Part shown: in pieces, positions 33,220 to 45,000 of the stretch
Layout: each line of letters starts with the position of its first letter
How positions within the stretch are numbered: the stretch's first letter is position 1
Assembly: GCA_937625935.1 (NCBI GenBank)
Contig: OW569345.1
Coordinates: 62,001-126,000 of the forward strand
DNA from: Tetramitus jugosus
Lineage: Eukaryota > Protista > Heterolobosea
DNA: 64,000 nucleotides
Reading direction: 5' to 3'
The notes under the pieces: model-generated
Seen by the model: only the letters and a program-made list of their open reading frames with translations
Told to the model about the DNA's origin: nothing
Database searches by the model: none
Position numbers and translations under genes: made by a program

Positions 33220-36200
33220 ATGGATACCTCTCATCTCAATCCACAAGTACAAAAGTTATTGGAGGAAACTGGTACCTCTATCAAAGATCAAAATGACTTG
33301 TTGGCTCTGTCAAACGTTTCTGTTCGAGAATTGGCCAAGCTCTTTGATGACCTTGCCAAGAACTTGAAGCAGAATCAACCAAAGAAGAGAGAAGAAGTGT
33401 TTAGAGTATGGAAGGACTCTGTGGTTGAGAAGTACATGGAGAAGAAGGAAGCAGAGAAGAAAGAGGTCAGAGTAGATGCGACTGAGCCTACTACCTCCGC
33501 GTCAGATGCCTTGATCTCAGAGCCAAAGCAACTTTCAGAAGACGAATTCAATAATGCAAAGCGTCAATTCATGCAAAGCGCAATGGCACTTCTTGAAGTT
33601 GAGAGTGAAATTAGAGACTTGAAGAACCGAATGAGAACTACCAAGGATTCAAGCAACCAACATTTAAGTAACCAATTGGAGCAGTTGTCTAGAAAGTGTG
33701 CTGATCTCCTGCTCGATGAAAACAGCAAGAGAGATGCCATGTATTACACAACCTTACTCAAGAAGTGTTTGGGAAGCGATAGAATACCAGTTCGCTCATC
33801 GCTTCCAGAAAGACTTACTACTATCGACTCTTCTCTTCGGGTTGATGTGATCAAGCATGTCTTTGAAGATGAACTAGTGCTCCAATTTGAGTTGAGAAAT
33901 ACTTCAAACAACGTCTATAATAATGTGCAAGTAGAATGCTTCGAGTCAATCGAAGGACTAGAAGGAAACTACAAGAGTGAATCAGTTGATGTTCCTGCTC
34001 TTGACTGCGGTTTCACTTTCTTGAAACTGAAGAGAGTCGGTGAGATAAGGTCCGGGCAGATAAATCCTGTTCTCAAGTATACTTCTACATGCCATCAATC
34101 GTCTGTACGTATGGGAGTACTACCTGTCAATATCATTGATTATTTAACGAACAGCAACAGTGAACTGCCGAAACATTTTGTCTCAAAGACTATTGAAATC
34201 GATTCGACAGTGCTTAATGAGGTTTTGTCGTATCTTTCGGATGCACCACACATATGTGATGCAAATAACAATGGCAACAAGATTATCATATCAAAAGCAC
34301 TTGGACAAAACTCGGTCCTGTTCGAAGCGATACTCAACTCAAACACGCAAAATTATTCAATCACAACAAAAGGAGCTTCTTCGGATTGCAATCAAGTTGT
34401 TGACGCTCTAAAAGATATTGGTGGAATATTTATGGAGAGGAAGGAGAAGGTAGAAGACAAGGAAGAGCAACTATCACGACAAAATACTCTAAGTTTGATT
34501 CCTCAACTTCAGCATAAGGGAACACCACTTAAAACTTCCAAATCAACTTCACTGTCTTCAGTTGAGGGAGCACAGATCAAAGTAGAAGTAGTGAAGCACA
34601 CTCACCCTGATAGTATCGTGATTCAGTTCGTTTGTACCAATTTAATACCGAACACTATCTTACAGAATGCGGTCGTGGAACACAATTTAGATCAAGTGCG
34701 AGGTCTGTATGCTGATTTTTCCTTAGAAGCAGACCTCCCATATAATGTAGAAACGTCCATCTACTCAACACTAGCACGTGATGGTTTGGAGCTGCCTTCA
34801 GGAGTCATATCAAATACTCTCAATTTTGAGTTTATCAGCAATGGGGAGAATGAGGGAGAAGGATACATCTACTTGCAAACCATTGATTTGTCAAAGATGG
34901 ATTTTGTCAGAGATAACTCTGGAATAGATTTTGATTGTGTATGGTCCTCATTGGGATGTGAACAAGCAGAAACCACGAATCTGGAGAATGTTGATCTTCA
35001 AGGAGCCGTATCCAGGTTTGTAACACAATCTGGTTTGAATCCATTAGAATCTACCCGTGTCTGTTCTGGCAAGGATAATCATACTTTATCGTTTGCTGGT
35101 ATTACAGTTGATGGAGATGATTTGTTGATCCAAGCGAGAGTAAAGAGAGTGGATAACGGATCATTGATTGAGGTTGCAGCCAGATCGAATAAGCACGAAA
35201 TTATGCCGCACTTAGTTTCTGAAATGGTGAACAACCTGAATACTCAAATTAAGAATGTTGAGAACAATGCAGGAACTGTCACATTGAAGAAGAATTTAAG
35301 CGATCAAGAATTTTCAGAGGCAGCATTTGACCGTGTCTATGCTGCCACGACTCCTTCACCAGACAGCACCAAGAAGTTTTCATTGGAAGCAATGGTCTCT
35401 TTACCAGATATTGTCAACCATTTCGTCCAGAAATCCCATCTGTGTATTATCAAAGGAGGAGAGGTAGTGCAGCCAGACACCACACAACATGCTCTAAAAA
35501 TGTACAACCCTTCACGATCTGTTCTTGTTCAGTATCAGTTCAACGTTACACCAGATGGAATCAATGTCGAAATTAACATTAGAACTACTGATGCAGAGAG
35601 CGAGAAGCATACGAGTGAACTAGCATTACAGTACAATGATCTCGTTCAGCCCAATAATTCCTCAATCAGAGAGAGACAAGCACAAGAATCATTTGATGCT
35701 GTTCTATCAAAAGTACCCAAGATTACTTCTATGGGTGTTCCGTTTGCATCATCTGAACCAACTATTTTGACTGATCCAGATGATGATATGCACGTTGAAT
35801 GCACAAAACACATCTACGCCCAACATCTCGTTCTTCAGTATGATATTCAGAATAAGAATGACGAGATGGAAATTGTTCAACTAGCGACGGAGATTAGTTT
35901 AGACGGAATAACTGGGCTGACTAGCATTGAAAACTTGGAAACTGGACCTTTTGTGGAACAGAAGGGTACTGCTTTTGTTATTTTAAAGATTGACAATACC
36001 TCTGAGCTACCATTTGGAAACCTTCCCAATTTATTGAACTTACAGAGCGGTGGAAACACCTACCAAATGAAGGTTGAAGATGTCGAACTGACTCCAATGG
36101 ACTTTGTTGTCGATTTCCCTCAAGTGAACTTTACTTCTGAGTGGAATCAACTATCATCACAGGGAGATCAAGATTTATCAACCAGCTATCCGTTTAGTTC

Positions 36201-37284
36201 GTCGATGCAACTATTTGTTGAAAAGCTGATATGTAGTTCCTTCTTGGCGCCTTGTGGAAACACAGGTAGAGTGTTTTCTGAAGATCATCACACAGTCCAC
36301 TTCTCTGGTAAGATGAGCACTGGTGATCTAATTTTAATCAAAGCAGATATCATCAAACAGGAAGGACAAGTAATTATCACCTTTAATTCTAGATCTCAAC
36401 ACCAAAGCGCTCGATCAGGTGTGCCAAAGGGATTATCAAATCGCTTGAATGTCATCATTCAGCAATACTTGAAGATGGAGGAAGATTTGAACAACCCTTA
36501 CTTTAGAGACATCTTCTCCAAGATTGCTCCATTGAAAAGATTAGGTGCTCCTCACTCCACAAAGGACCCAATACTGCTTTCAAAGCCAGACTCGGATCTC
36601 GTTGTCAGAGTTATTAAGCACACTTGGCCAGAGAATATTGTGTTGCAGTTTGAGTGCACTAACATGAATCCTGCAGTGGAACTAGAAAATTTAATGGTTG
36701 AAAGTGAAATTGGAGAGGAGTTGTCTCTTCAATTCCTTGTTGAAGCTGGTTTACTTCTGTACAATGAACCCGAATATGCGTTCGTAGCTCTAGAGAAGAA
36801 TGCCAGTACATTGCCTGTTACATCAGTTCGAAATGTTCTGTCTTTCCAATCTGTAGGTGTCGATCCAAGAACTGGAGAACAAACAGGTCAAGTCAAACAA
36901 GAAAAAGTCGACAATTTGCTCGATGTTGACATTCAAATCACTGATTACTTTAGCGGAAAGACAACCACTGACTTTACTACTGCATGGGCTGAACTTGGAC
37001 AGGACAATGAGAATTCAAAGTCTTATACTCTGCCACTTGAGATTCAAGATGCAGTCAATCTGTTTATCTTGCAAAGTACGATACCTCCGATCCCAGATTG
37101 TTCCATCACAGTATCTGGCAGTGCACACGAACTGTCATTTATTGCGAGAATACACAATGGAGCCGAAGTGTTGTTCAAGGCCAACTTTGCCGCCGCTGGA
37201 AACCATTCCACTGAAGTCACAGTCACAGCTCGAACCGAGTACGACTTTTTGAAGGACGTTCCAGACTTTATCATGCATCAATAA
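33220..37284 (+). CDS. Protein with four tandem gamma-COP appendage modules and no adaptin trunk
   Basis: Four copies of V.V.KH....VLQF...N at aa ~208, 455, 859 and 1129, each followed by a platform-like segment; N-terminal coiled coil. Confidence 0.8.
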   Translation: MDTSHLNPQVQKLLEETGTSIKDQNDLLALSNVSVRELAKLFDDLAKNLKQNQPKKREEVFRVWKDSVVEKYMEKKEAEKKEVRVDATEPTTSASDALISEPKQLSEDEFNNAKRQFMQSAMALLEVESEIRDLKNRMRTTKDSSNQHLSNQLEQLSRKCADLLLDENSKRDAMYYTTLLKKCLGSDRIPVRSSLPERLTTIDSSLRVDVIKHVFEDELVLQFELRNTSNNVYNNVQVECFESIEGLEGNYKSESVDVPALDCGFTFLKLKRVGEIRSGQINPVLKYTSTCHQSSVRMGVLPVNIIDYLTNSNSELPKHFVSKTIEIDSTVLNEVLSYLSDAPHICDANNNGNKIIISKALGQNSVLFEAILNSNTQNYSITTKGASSDCNQVVDALKDIGGIFMERKEKVEDKEEQLSRQNTLSLIPQLQHKGTPLKTSKSTSLSSVEGAQIKVEVVKHTHPDSIVIQFVCTNLIPNTILQNAVVEHNLDQVRGLYADFSLEADLPYNVETSIYSTLARDGLELPSGVISNTLNFEFISNGENEGEGYIYLQTIDLSKMDFVRDNSGIDFDCVWSSLGCEQAETTNLENVDLQGAVSRFVTQSGLNPLESTRVCSGKDNHTLSFAGITVDGDDLLIQARVKRVDNGSLIEVAARSNKHEIMPHLVSEMVNNLNTQIKNVENNAGTVTLKKNLSDQEFSEAAFDRVYAATTPSPDSTKKFSLEAMVSLPDIVNHFVQKSHLCIIKGGEVVQPDTTQHALKMYNPSRSVLVQYQFNVTPDGINVEINIRTTDAESEKHTSELALQYNDLVQPNNSSIRERQAQESFDAVLSKVPKITSMGVPFASSEPTILTDPDDDMHVECTKHIYAQHLVLQYDIQNKNDEMEIVQLATEISLDGITGLTSIENLETGPFVEQKGTAFVILKIDNTSELPFGNLPNLLNLQSGGNTYQMKVEDVELTPMDFVVDFPQVNFTSEWNQLSSQGDQDLSTSYPFSSSMQLFVEKLICSSFLAPCGNTGRVFSEDHHTVHFSGKMSTGDLILIKADIIKQEGQVIITFNSRSQHQSARSGVPKGLSNRLNVIIQQYLKMEEDLNNPYFRDIFSKIAPLKRLGAPHSTKDPILLSKPDSDLVVRVIKHTWPENIVLQFECTNMNPAVELENLMVESEIGEELSLQFLVEAGLLLYNEPEYAFVALEKNASTLPVTSVRNVLSFQSVGVDPRTGEQTGQVKQEKVDNLLDVDIQITDYFSGKTTTDFTTAWAELGQDNENSKSYTLPLEIQDAVNLFILQSTIPPIPDCSITVSGSAHELSFIARIHNGAEVLFKANFAAAGNHSTEVTVTARTEYDFLKDVPDFIMHQ

Positions 37285-37506
37285 TAAATCCCACATTCCT
37301 GTTTAGTGGTGTTACGGAATACAACAAACTTTACTGTTTGTCCATTCTTGGTCCCTCGGTTTTCCCAACCTGAGAAAAAGATTACCCAGAGTTTTTCTCT
37401 TTTGCATGACGCACAGTTTCCCCGCAATCATATGGCTCAACAACGACAAAACGCTCCAAAATATCAAAAAAAGAAAAAACAATAGCCAGAGAGAGAGTAG
37501 TACATC

Positions 37507-38457
37507 ATGACTGATTTCCTGAGTGATTCCTATGGTCGCCGATGCATCAAAGAATATCGAAAATATGTAAATTATTTGGCAGAGCACGAACATGACTTGG
37601 ATCGTTCATTGCACCATGAACCATCCTACATTGAATTTACATTGTGCGTTACGAGTCCATTCCTAAAGTTTGCACCTTCGTGGCAACCATTGAGACACTC
37701 GATGGAAAAGTGTTTCCTTTCGAATCAAATTCCCAATCCACTTGATCAAGCCAATAATAGTAATCATAATAGTAAGAGCATGGATGATAAGATTGATAAG
37801 AGTGGTACTAAGAGTGGTGGTAAGAGTGGTACTAAGAGTGTCAATTATGGACCATGTATGAATGTGATTGAGAATATTGATGCGAGAGGAAGAGCAGATT
37901 TAGATGTCATGTTTCGCAATGAACCGCATCAGACATCTCAAATTGCACAGGCACTCACCTCGTATCGCAAACAATTGAACCACAATGAGCGAATACATAG
38001 GCAGTTGAATTGTGTGGCGTATCCAGAGCACAGCAAGTGTTCTACACTGAGAACCAACATGTTCTCAGAGGTGAGTCAAGGTGCGTGCTCTGAATTGTTT
38101 GTTGCGAGCACAAAATGCTTTGAAACACAGGCAAAAAAGAAGAAGAAGGCACTGTGGAAGCACATTTTCCTATCAGAGGACTTGTATGCACTGGCATCGT
38201 ACAAGAATTATTGTGATCAGGTGCAGAGAGATATGATGCGCTGTGCCGAAAAGTATTTTAGATTGGCAGTCATTTCGTACGACATGGAGAGAACACTGGA
38301 GATGATTGATCCGGATTTTAGAAGAAACATTATGAAACAAGAGTGGGGAATTGTGACCAAGGAACAGAGACAAGAAGCTGAGGAGAAGATGAAACTGGAG
38401 AAGAAGGAAATGGAGGAGCTTTATGCCAAATACAAGCAACAACAAGAGGGAGACTAA
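37507..38457 (+). CDS. Hypothetical Cys-rich protein with two CX9C motifs
   Basis: CSELFVASTKC and CDQVQRDMMRC; 12-bp repeat encoding KSGT/KSGG at ~37797-37840. Confidence 0.6.
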   Translation: MTDFLSDSYGRRCIKEYRKYVNYLAEHEHDLDRSLHHEPSYIEFTLCVTSPFLKFAPSWQPLRHSMEKCFLSNQIPNPLDQANNSNHNSKSMDDKIDKSGTKSGGKSGTKSVNYGPCMNVIENIDARGRADLDVMFRNEPHQTSQIAQALTSYRKQLNHNERIHRQLNCVAYPEHSKCSTLRTNMFSEVSQGACSELFVASTKCFETQAKKKKKALWKHIFLSEDLYALASYKNYCDQVQRDMMRCAEKYFRLAVISYDMERTLEMIDPDFRRNIMKQEWGIVTKEQRQEAEEKMKLEKKEMEELYAKYKQQQEGD

Positions 38458-38551
38458 ACTTACATAACACAACGATTAAACAACAAGCACACACACACAC
38501 AAATAGATTTTCAATAAACTTTTGACAACAATCGCTTACTTTCATTTTTTA

Positions 38552-39352
38552 TTAATCGCACTCCATTGCCGCATCTAACACACCTAGTGTAGAATCAGTT
38601 GTCATCCTACACTTGTTGATCAAGAATCGATGCAATTGATCACTCGTCTTGTACAAGTGATTCGCATCCAATATGCACAAGTAGCCAAATGTCATTGAAT
38701 TGGTCTGAATGAGCCGTGGTTGTTGAGACAGTGTTTCATGATTGACTTCCACGAGCTTGCAATCCAATGGACACACTAATTGAACACACATTTCATCACT
38801 ATCACCACGACTATCACTACTATCATTCTCATTCTTACTAGTATTAGTCGTATCATGATAATAAATGGAACAGAGAACAGTCTTGTGTTTAATCATTCGT
38901 TCTCGCTCTGCTTGTTTCTTATTCTTCTTTTGTTGTTTTTGTTGTTTGGCTGTGGTGTATTGTGGATGATGAATCTTTGTTGCAGTGGATGATATATTGT
39001 TATTGTTATTGTTATTGGTGTGATGGAATTGAATACGAGTGACATGATATCGATTGTGTTGAGCGACTAGAAAATGATGCTTGGACAGTGTGATGACCAT
39101 GAGTCCATTCCCGTGCAACAATAATTGAAATTCTTGTTGTTCATTATTATAGCTATTATTTTCACTATTGATAATGTTGATTGTGTCACCACTGTTGTCA
39201 GTTGGAGACTGTTGTTCTTGTTGTTGTTCTTGTTGTTGAGAAGAAGAAGAAGAAGATTGAATGGTGTGAATGGATGGAATGAGGTATTGCTTGAATGAGC
39301 GAAAGGTTAATTGCTCTTGAATCGTGTGAGGTGATGTTGGTTGTTGTTGCAT
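38552..39352 (-). CDS. ABITRAM: Abitram/FAM206A (glycine cleavage H-like) protein
   Basis: LLHGNGLMVITLSKHH, TVLCSI, CPLDCKLVEVN..PRLIQ..GYLCIL. The start is uncertain (39352 or 39460). Confidence 0.7.
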   Translation of the reverse strand: MQQQPTSPHTIQEQLTFRSFKQYLIPSIHTIQSSSSSSQQQEQQQEQQSPTDNSGDTINIINSENNSYNNEQQEFQLLLHGNGLMVITLSKHHFLVAQHNRYHVTRIQFHHTNNNNNNNISSTATKIHHPQYTTAKQQKQQKKNKKQAERERMIKHKTVLCSIYYHDTTNTSKNENDSSDSRGDSDEMCVQLVCPLDCKLVEVNHETLSQQPRLIQTNSMTFGYLCILDANHLYKTSDQLHRFLINKCRMTTDSTLGVLDAAMECD

Positions 39353-39548
39353 GATGATGATGAGGAAGGATGATATTGTTTGTTGGATGTGATTTTTCGT
39401 GTCTTGCTTTTTGTTGTGAAATGGTTGGAAATTGTTGTTGTCGGAGTGTGCAATTTCCATTGGCTGGTTGAACTGGGAAAAACGCGCTCTCAATTTTTTT
39501 AAGCTCGACAAAACATTAATCACCAAACATACAATCGAATGATCACAA

Positions 39549-40592
39549 ATGACATCAACGACGAGAAACAACAACAACACTCAAAAGATCCCACTGTTGA
39601 ATCACAATCTCATGAACAGCGAGGCTCTTGCTGAGATTCTCCGATCTAAAAACTCCGCTCTTCCCATTCACATTGTGACGGCAACGTACTTGGATCCGAG
39701 AAGATATCACTCATTTCTGTACATTTGGTTCTATTTGATTGCACTGTTCGGTGCTCAATTCGTTCAATACTCCTGGGTCAAGTCCATTTGGGGAAAGAAA
39801 TGGCGGAGTATTTTAGAGCAATGGCGGGAAAGGATTACAATGTTTGAAGGAAAGGATGGAAAGGTGGGAGGTGGAGTCGCTGCATTGCTTGAATGGTATG
39901 GATACAAGGAGGATTATTCGCCAGAGTCAACTCTATTGTTTTTGAAGGAATTTGCGCAGAATATGGTGTCGAGTCATGATGAGGATGGTGACCAGAGCCG
40001 AGTGAGTAATGAGGATCAGCAACATGATAGTGATGATGGTGGCGCAACTAGTTTACGACCATTGGTGGCCATGGGTGCTTCCTATATAGATCCAAGACTG
40101 CCCAATGTCGTCTTCTTGAATCATCAGGAGAATGCACGGCAAGATGCAGCACAACTAGATCAAGCAGATGATCACGTTGAAGAAGCGAATTTAACTAACC
40201 AAGGTGTGGATCAGGTGGCAAAACACATGGTACATCGATTAAATCATAGTATGAATTCGACAATGACATATCAGGAGTGGGAAGCAAGGAACACGCCTGT
40301 TTGGAAGTCTCGATTCTTTATTGCACCGGAACAGTTACCTACGATGGAGCAGTTGGATTCTGAAATTGATGACGAGGAGTTGTTTGTGGCATACAATGAT
40401 CCTGCTCCTTTACCAAACGAGTTTCAAGCTTACTTGTTTGAGGATTTCCTGGACGACATGCAACCAGAGATGGATCATAGAATCATGTCACACAGCCAAA
40501 GAGTAGCATACATATTGAGAGATGTAGAAAGAGATCGAGAGCAAATCATTCGAACTGCAATTCAAAAAACAAAGGCGCTGTCCATTAAATGA
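39549..40592 (+). CDS. Hypothetical membrane protein
   Basis: 347-aa ORF with one hydrophobic helix (FLYIWFYLIALFGAQFV). Confidence 0.6.
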   Translation: MTSTTRNNNNTQKIPLLNHNLMNSEALAEILRSKNSALPIHIVTATYLDPRRYHSFLYIWFYLIALFGAQFVQYSWVKSIWGKKWRSILEQWRERITMFEGKDGKVGGGVAALLEWYGYKEDYSPESTLLFLKEFAQNMVSSHDEDGDQSRVSNEDQQHDSDDGGATSLRPLVAMGASYIDPRLPNVVFLNHQENARQDAAQLDQADDHVEEANLTNQGVDQVAKHMVHRLNHSMNSTMTYQEWEARNTPVWKSRFFIAPEQLPTMEQLDSEIDDEELFVAYNDPAPLPNEFQAYLFEDFLDDMQPEMDHRIMSHSQRVAYILRDVERDREQIIRTAIQKTKALSIK

Positions 40593-40629
40593 GGAGTGTT
40601 TCATCACATTGGCTCAAATACATCTCATT

Positions 40630-41775
40630 TTACAAGTCAGGATTGTTCAAATCTGAATCTGGAGCTGGGAAATAGTAACCCATGCCATAAATCAGGCCAT
40701 CCTTCCACTTGCCCTTGAATACGCTTCCATCTGCGTTGGTCAGTACACCCTCTCCCTCCTTTCTTCCATTCTCGAACATTCCATCATACACTGTGCCATC
40801 AACATTCTTAAAGACTCCATGCCCGTGTCTCTTATCATCGATCCATTGTCCTTCGTAGAGAGCACCATTTGCGTATGTCAGCACGCCGAATCCATGGGCT
40901 TTATCATTCTTCCATTCTCCTTCGAACACATCTCCATTGGAATAATGAAGCTCTCCCTTACCATTCTTCTTTGCTGCATTCCACTCACCAATATATTTAT
41001 CTCCATGCGCATATGTGAGGGTACCTTTGCCGTGAGCCTTGTCATTCTTCCAATACCCTTCGTACTTCTCTCCATTAAAATAGGTCAAGACTCCATAACC
41101 ATCCTTGACATCACTTCTCCAATCTCCTTCATATTTGTTTCCATTAGGGAAGAAGTAGATACCCTCTCCGTGCATCTTACCCTCCTTCCAATCTCCTTCA
41201 TAAACACCTCCGTCAGCATAATAGTATTTACCCCATCCGTGCATCTTTCCATCGATCCACTCACCATCATACTTCTCGGCAACACTACCATCTTCAGCGG
41301 CATAGGTAACAACTCCTTTTCCGTGTCTCTTATCTTCTTTCCATTCTCCTTCGTACTTGTCTCCATCTGCATAGAAATAAGTACCATAGCCATGCATTTT
41401 CCCATCTAGCCACTCTCCATCATACTTATCCCCATCACCATAAAGAAGAACTCCTTTGCCATTGATCTTTCCGTCGGCCCACTCTCCAACATACTTGTTT
41501 CCACTCGCATAGAAACAAGATCCCTTACCACTGATTATATCTTGAACCCATTCTCCCTCATACCTAGATCCATCGGCGTAATAGTAGGAACCGATACCGT
41601 GTCTCTTACCAAATACCCAGTCGCCCTAATAATTCAAAAGGTGAGTTAAAATAATAGGTAATTTCAAAGAAGTACGATGCATCAATTCACATACCTCATA
41701 CTTTTCCTTGTTTGGGTAGATCAGCGTACCCTTTCCATGCATTTGGCCATTATCAATTTCTCCAGTGTAGATCAT
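40630..41775 (-). CDS. MORN1: All-MORN-repeat protein of the trypanosomatid MORN1 type (intron 41694-41626; 358 aa)
   Basis: Starts MIYTGEIDNGQMHGKGTLIYPNKEKYE; continuous YEGEWxxxxxHGxG repeats with the characteristic YA..DGSV.EK insert. Confidence 0.88.
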
Positions 41776-41963
41776 TGTTCTTGAGATCAATTATGGTTGT
41801 GTTGATTTGGAATGTAAACCTGTTTGCCACTTCAAGAAATAAGAATTTCACCCTCGTTTTGAGCTGTAATGCGACCTTGTAAAATTGAACCGGAGAAAAA
41901 AACAACCGATCACCGCCAGACCGCCAAAAATTGGTGTCGTTACGGCAGTTCGCGAATCAAGTA

Positions 41964-41981
41964 TTGGCGCCAAAGTTTGAA
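41964..41981. promoter_or_regulatory. E2F-like palindrome followed by CHR-like TTTGAA in the MORN1/XMAP215 divergent promoter
   Basis: Sequence TTGGCGCCAAAGTTTGAA; function is inferred only. Confidence 0.3.
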
Positions 41982-42076
41982 CGTTTCCGGGGGCCACTAT
42001 CCCAACCAAACGAATTGACATCAAGTCGCACAACCAACTACTTCTACCCAACCAACACACAAGCAACAACTAGATT

Positions 42077-45000
42077 ATGACTTTCGAGAATACAAACATG
42101 GATACAACCACAGAGGATGTCGTTGTTCCGCCATCATCTCATGATCTCTTTGAAAGAATGTTGGAAGAACAATTGAGACTTGAAAACGCAAAGAATCCAC
42201 ATCTACAACAACAAGCTGATGATCCAATGGGAGAGACATCGGCGAAAAGCGAAGGCAATCTCATTAGTAGCTCTAATTGGAAGGAAAGATGTGAAGCTTA
42301 TGATCAATTAATAACTACGCTGAGCACAACAAGTTCTGACAATGATTTTATTGAGAATGGAAAGTATTTATCGCAATGTGCAACAGAGAAGAACCATGCA
42401 GCCCTTGAAAAAGGCCTTCAAGTCGTCCTTTGTTTTGTTACACACTATAAACAAGCATCAAAAACAGCTGTAGAAATTGTACCACTCGTGATTAAGGCCT
42501 ATCCTTCAACAAAGCAAAGTGTTGTGAAACTGGTGAACGATATTCTGCTCATGTACACTGAAATTGATTGTGGTGTAACAGTTTTGGTAAGTTAATGCTC
42601 TTGATTTTGGAGTTGTCGAATGTAACTTTGTTTACTAACTCTTTTTGATTGCAAATGTAATTTAGGAACAACTACTGTACTTTGGACAAGCTGCAAATGA
42701 GAAGAACCCAAAGACAAGATCTCTATCTATCCAGTGCATTGCACTTTTACTCCGGAACTTTGGACAGAACGCTATTGCCATCAAGTCTATTTTACCTAAA
42801 ATGCCATTATTTTTGTCAGAAGTCAATATAACAATCAAGACACAAGCAACTGAACTCATTGTAGAACTCTACAGATGGCTCAAGGATTCTTTGGTTATGA
42901 TCATGGACACTTGGGAAATTAAACCTGCCCAGAAGAAGGATCTTCTTGCTCTATTCGACAAAGAAAAGGAAACTACATCTGCGCCAATAAGAGCAGTGCG
43001 ATCCGGAAAAGTAATGGACAATTCGATACAAGTAAAATCTGCAAAGCCACAAGAAGAAGAGATTGATCCTATAGAATTGTTGGAGCCTCAGGATGTATTA
43101 TCAAAAATTCCTAATGAATGGGAGAGTGAAGTAACGAGCGTAAAGTGGGCAGAACGTAAGAAAGCCTTGGTTGATCTTTTCGAACTTGTGGCTCGTTATC
43201 CAAAGCTTAAATCTGGCGATTATTATCCTCTGATAGGTAAACTAGCAGTTATCATCGAGTCAGATAAGAATGCTGTCGTTATCAAACAAGCAATTGAAGT
43301 TTGCGAACAATTGTGCAAGGGCTTAAGGAGTAGTTTCACCTATGCTTCTACTGTAGTACCTCTGCTATTCCAAAAATTTAAGGACAAGAAATTGATTGAT
43401 GCTGCTTCTAAGACACTTGACTCTATTGATAAGTTTTCGCAACCAATTGAGGATTTTATCGATAGTTACACCTCTGAACTTGATCTTAAATCACATGCTG
43501 TGTCTAAACAAGGTTGTCTCTCACTACTAGAGTCTTGCCTCTCAAGAAAGAAGGCACTTCATACACACGCGCACAAGGTTATGGCACAGAAATTTATTGA
43601 ACTATCTGACGATGCTAGTGCCGGAGTTAGAGAAAGTTCATTGAGATTACTCGCACGCTTGCAGTGGCTTGGAGGTGATCGTTTCATGTCTTCATTTTTA
43701 GCTAAATTGGACAAGACCAAAATGGAGAAGGTTACGCAGGCACTAAATGGCTATGGAGCTTCTCCTGTCGGTTCTGCAACTGTTTCTTCGAGTGTAACAT
43801 CAATTCCTGTTTCTACTGAAGAAAAACCAGCACCTCCCAAGCGAGCTGTTTCCGCACCTAAAACCTCGAAACCTGTTGCTCCCCGAACCACGGCAAGAAG
43901 TTCATCTACTCTACCTTCTGCAGCAAGCAGACCTCTAACATCCAGCAGAGTACCAGCCAAACCCACAAGTGGTACCACAGCCAAGAAACCTGTAGCTCAA
44001 AAATCAGCCCCCGAAGAGGATATTGACACAAAATCCTCACTATCCAAAGAAGAAGTAATCGAGAAGGCCAAAGAAATTATTGCGTCAGATATCATTACTG
44101 GATTCACTTCGGCAAAATGGAGCGAAAGAGTCGAAGCATTGAAACAACTTGAAACATTCGTTACAGAATCGAGTGACGTTGTTGAATTGCACAAAGAAAT
44201 TATTGTGCGCTATATTGGCTATGTACCTGGATGGGGAGAGTCAAATCTACAAGTAGTAACAAAACTGATCGAAGTTGTTACATTGATTGTCTCTCAATCA
44301 ACAACTTTCTCTAAAGGCGCTCTTGTCTCTTCTATTGAAGGAATTGTGGAAAAACTAGCAACAGCAAAGGCAAAGGATGCAGGAAAGGTGTGTCTCAGTT
44401 CAATCGCAGAACTGCTAAATCCTCAATTCCCCTTTTCTCTTTTATATAAGAAGCTCTTGGGACACAAGAACCCAAAAATCACAGCTGAAGGTATCATGTG
44501 GATGTCATCAACTGTCGCAGATTTTGGTGTATCGTATATTAAGGTGGATCAATTGATTGAATTTATTAAGGCGTGCCTGGAAAATACCAACCCAGCAATC
44601 AAAAAGAATTGTACCAGTCTCTTATGTGAGATGAGAAAGTATATGGGTGATGGTTTGCTAGACTTTTTGAGTGATGTGAAACCTGCTCTCTTGTCATCGA
44701 TCAAGACAGAGTTTGAGAAGATGCCTCAAGTGACCAATGTGATACCCGTCAAGCAAGTTAGAGGCGAGGATGCAGCACCTATAATCAGTGGTGCAGTAGG
44801 TGACTTGCCTCGAACTGATATCAAGTCTAGGATCTCTTCTAAAATTTTAAAGAACTTGGACGATGGTAATTGGAAGAATCGGTTGGCTGCGGTCAACGAA
44901 ATTGAGCAACTCATTATTGAGGCGAACAAGCGAATTCAACCCACCTTATCAGAACTTATCAATGCTCTCAAAAAGAGACTGGATGATCCGAATGTTAAAA

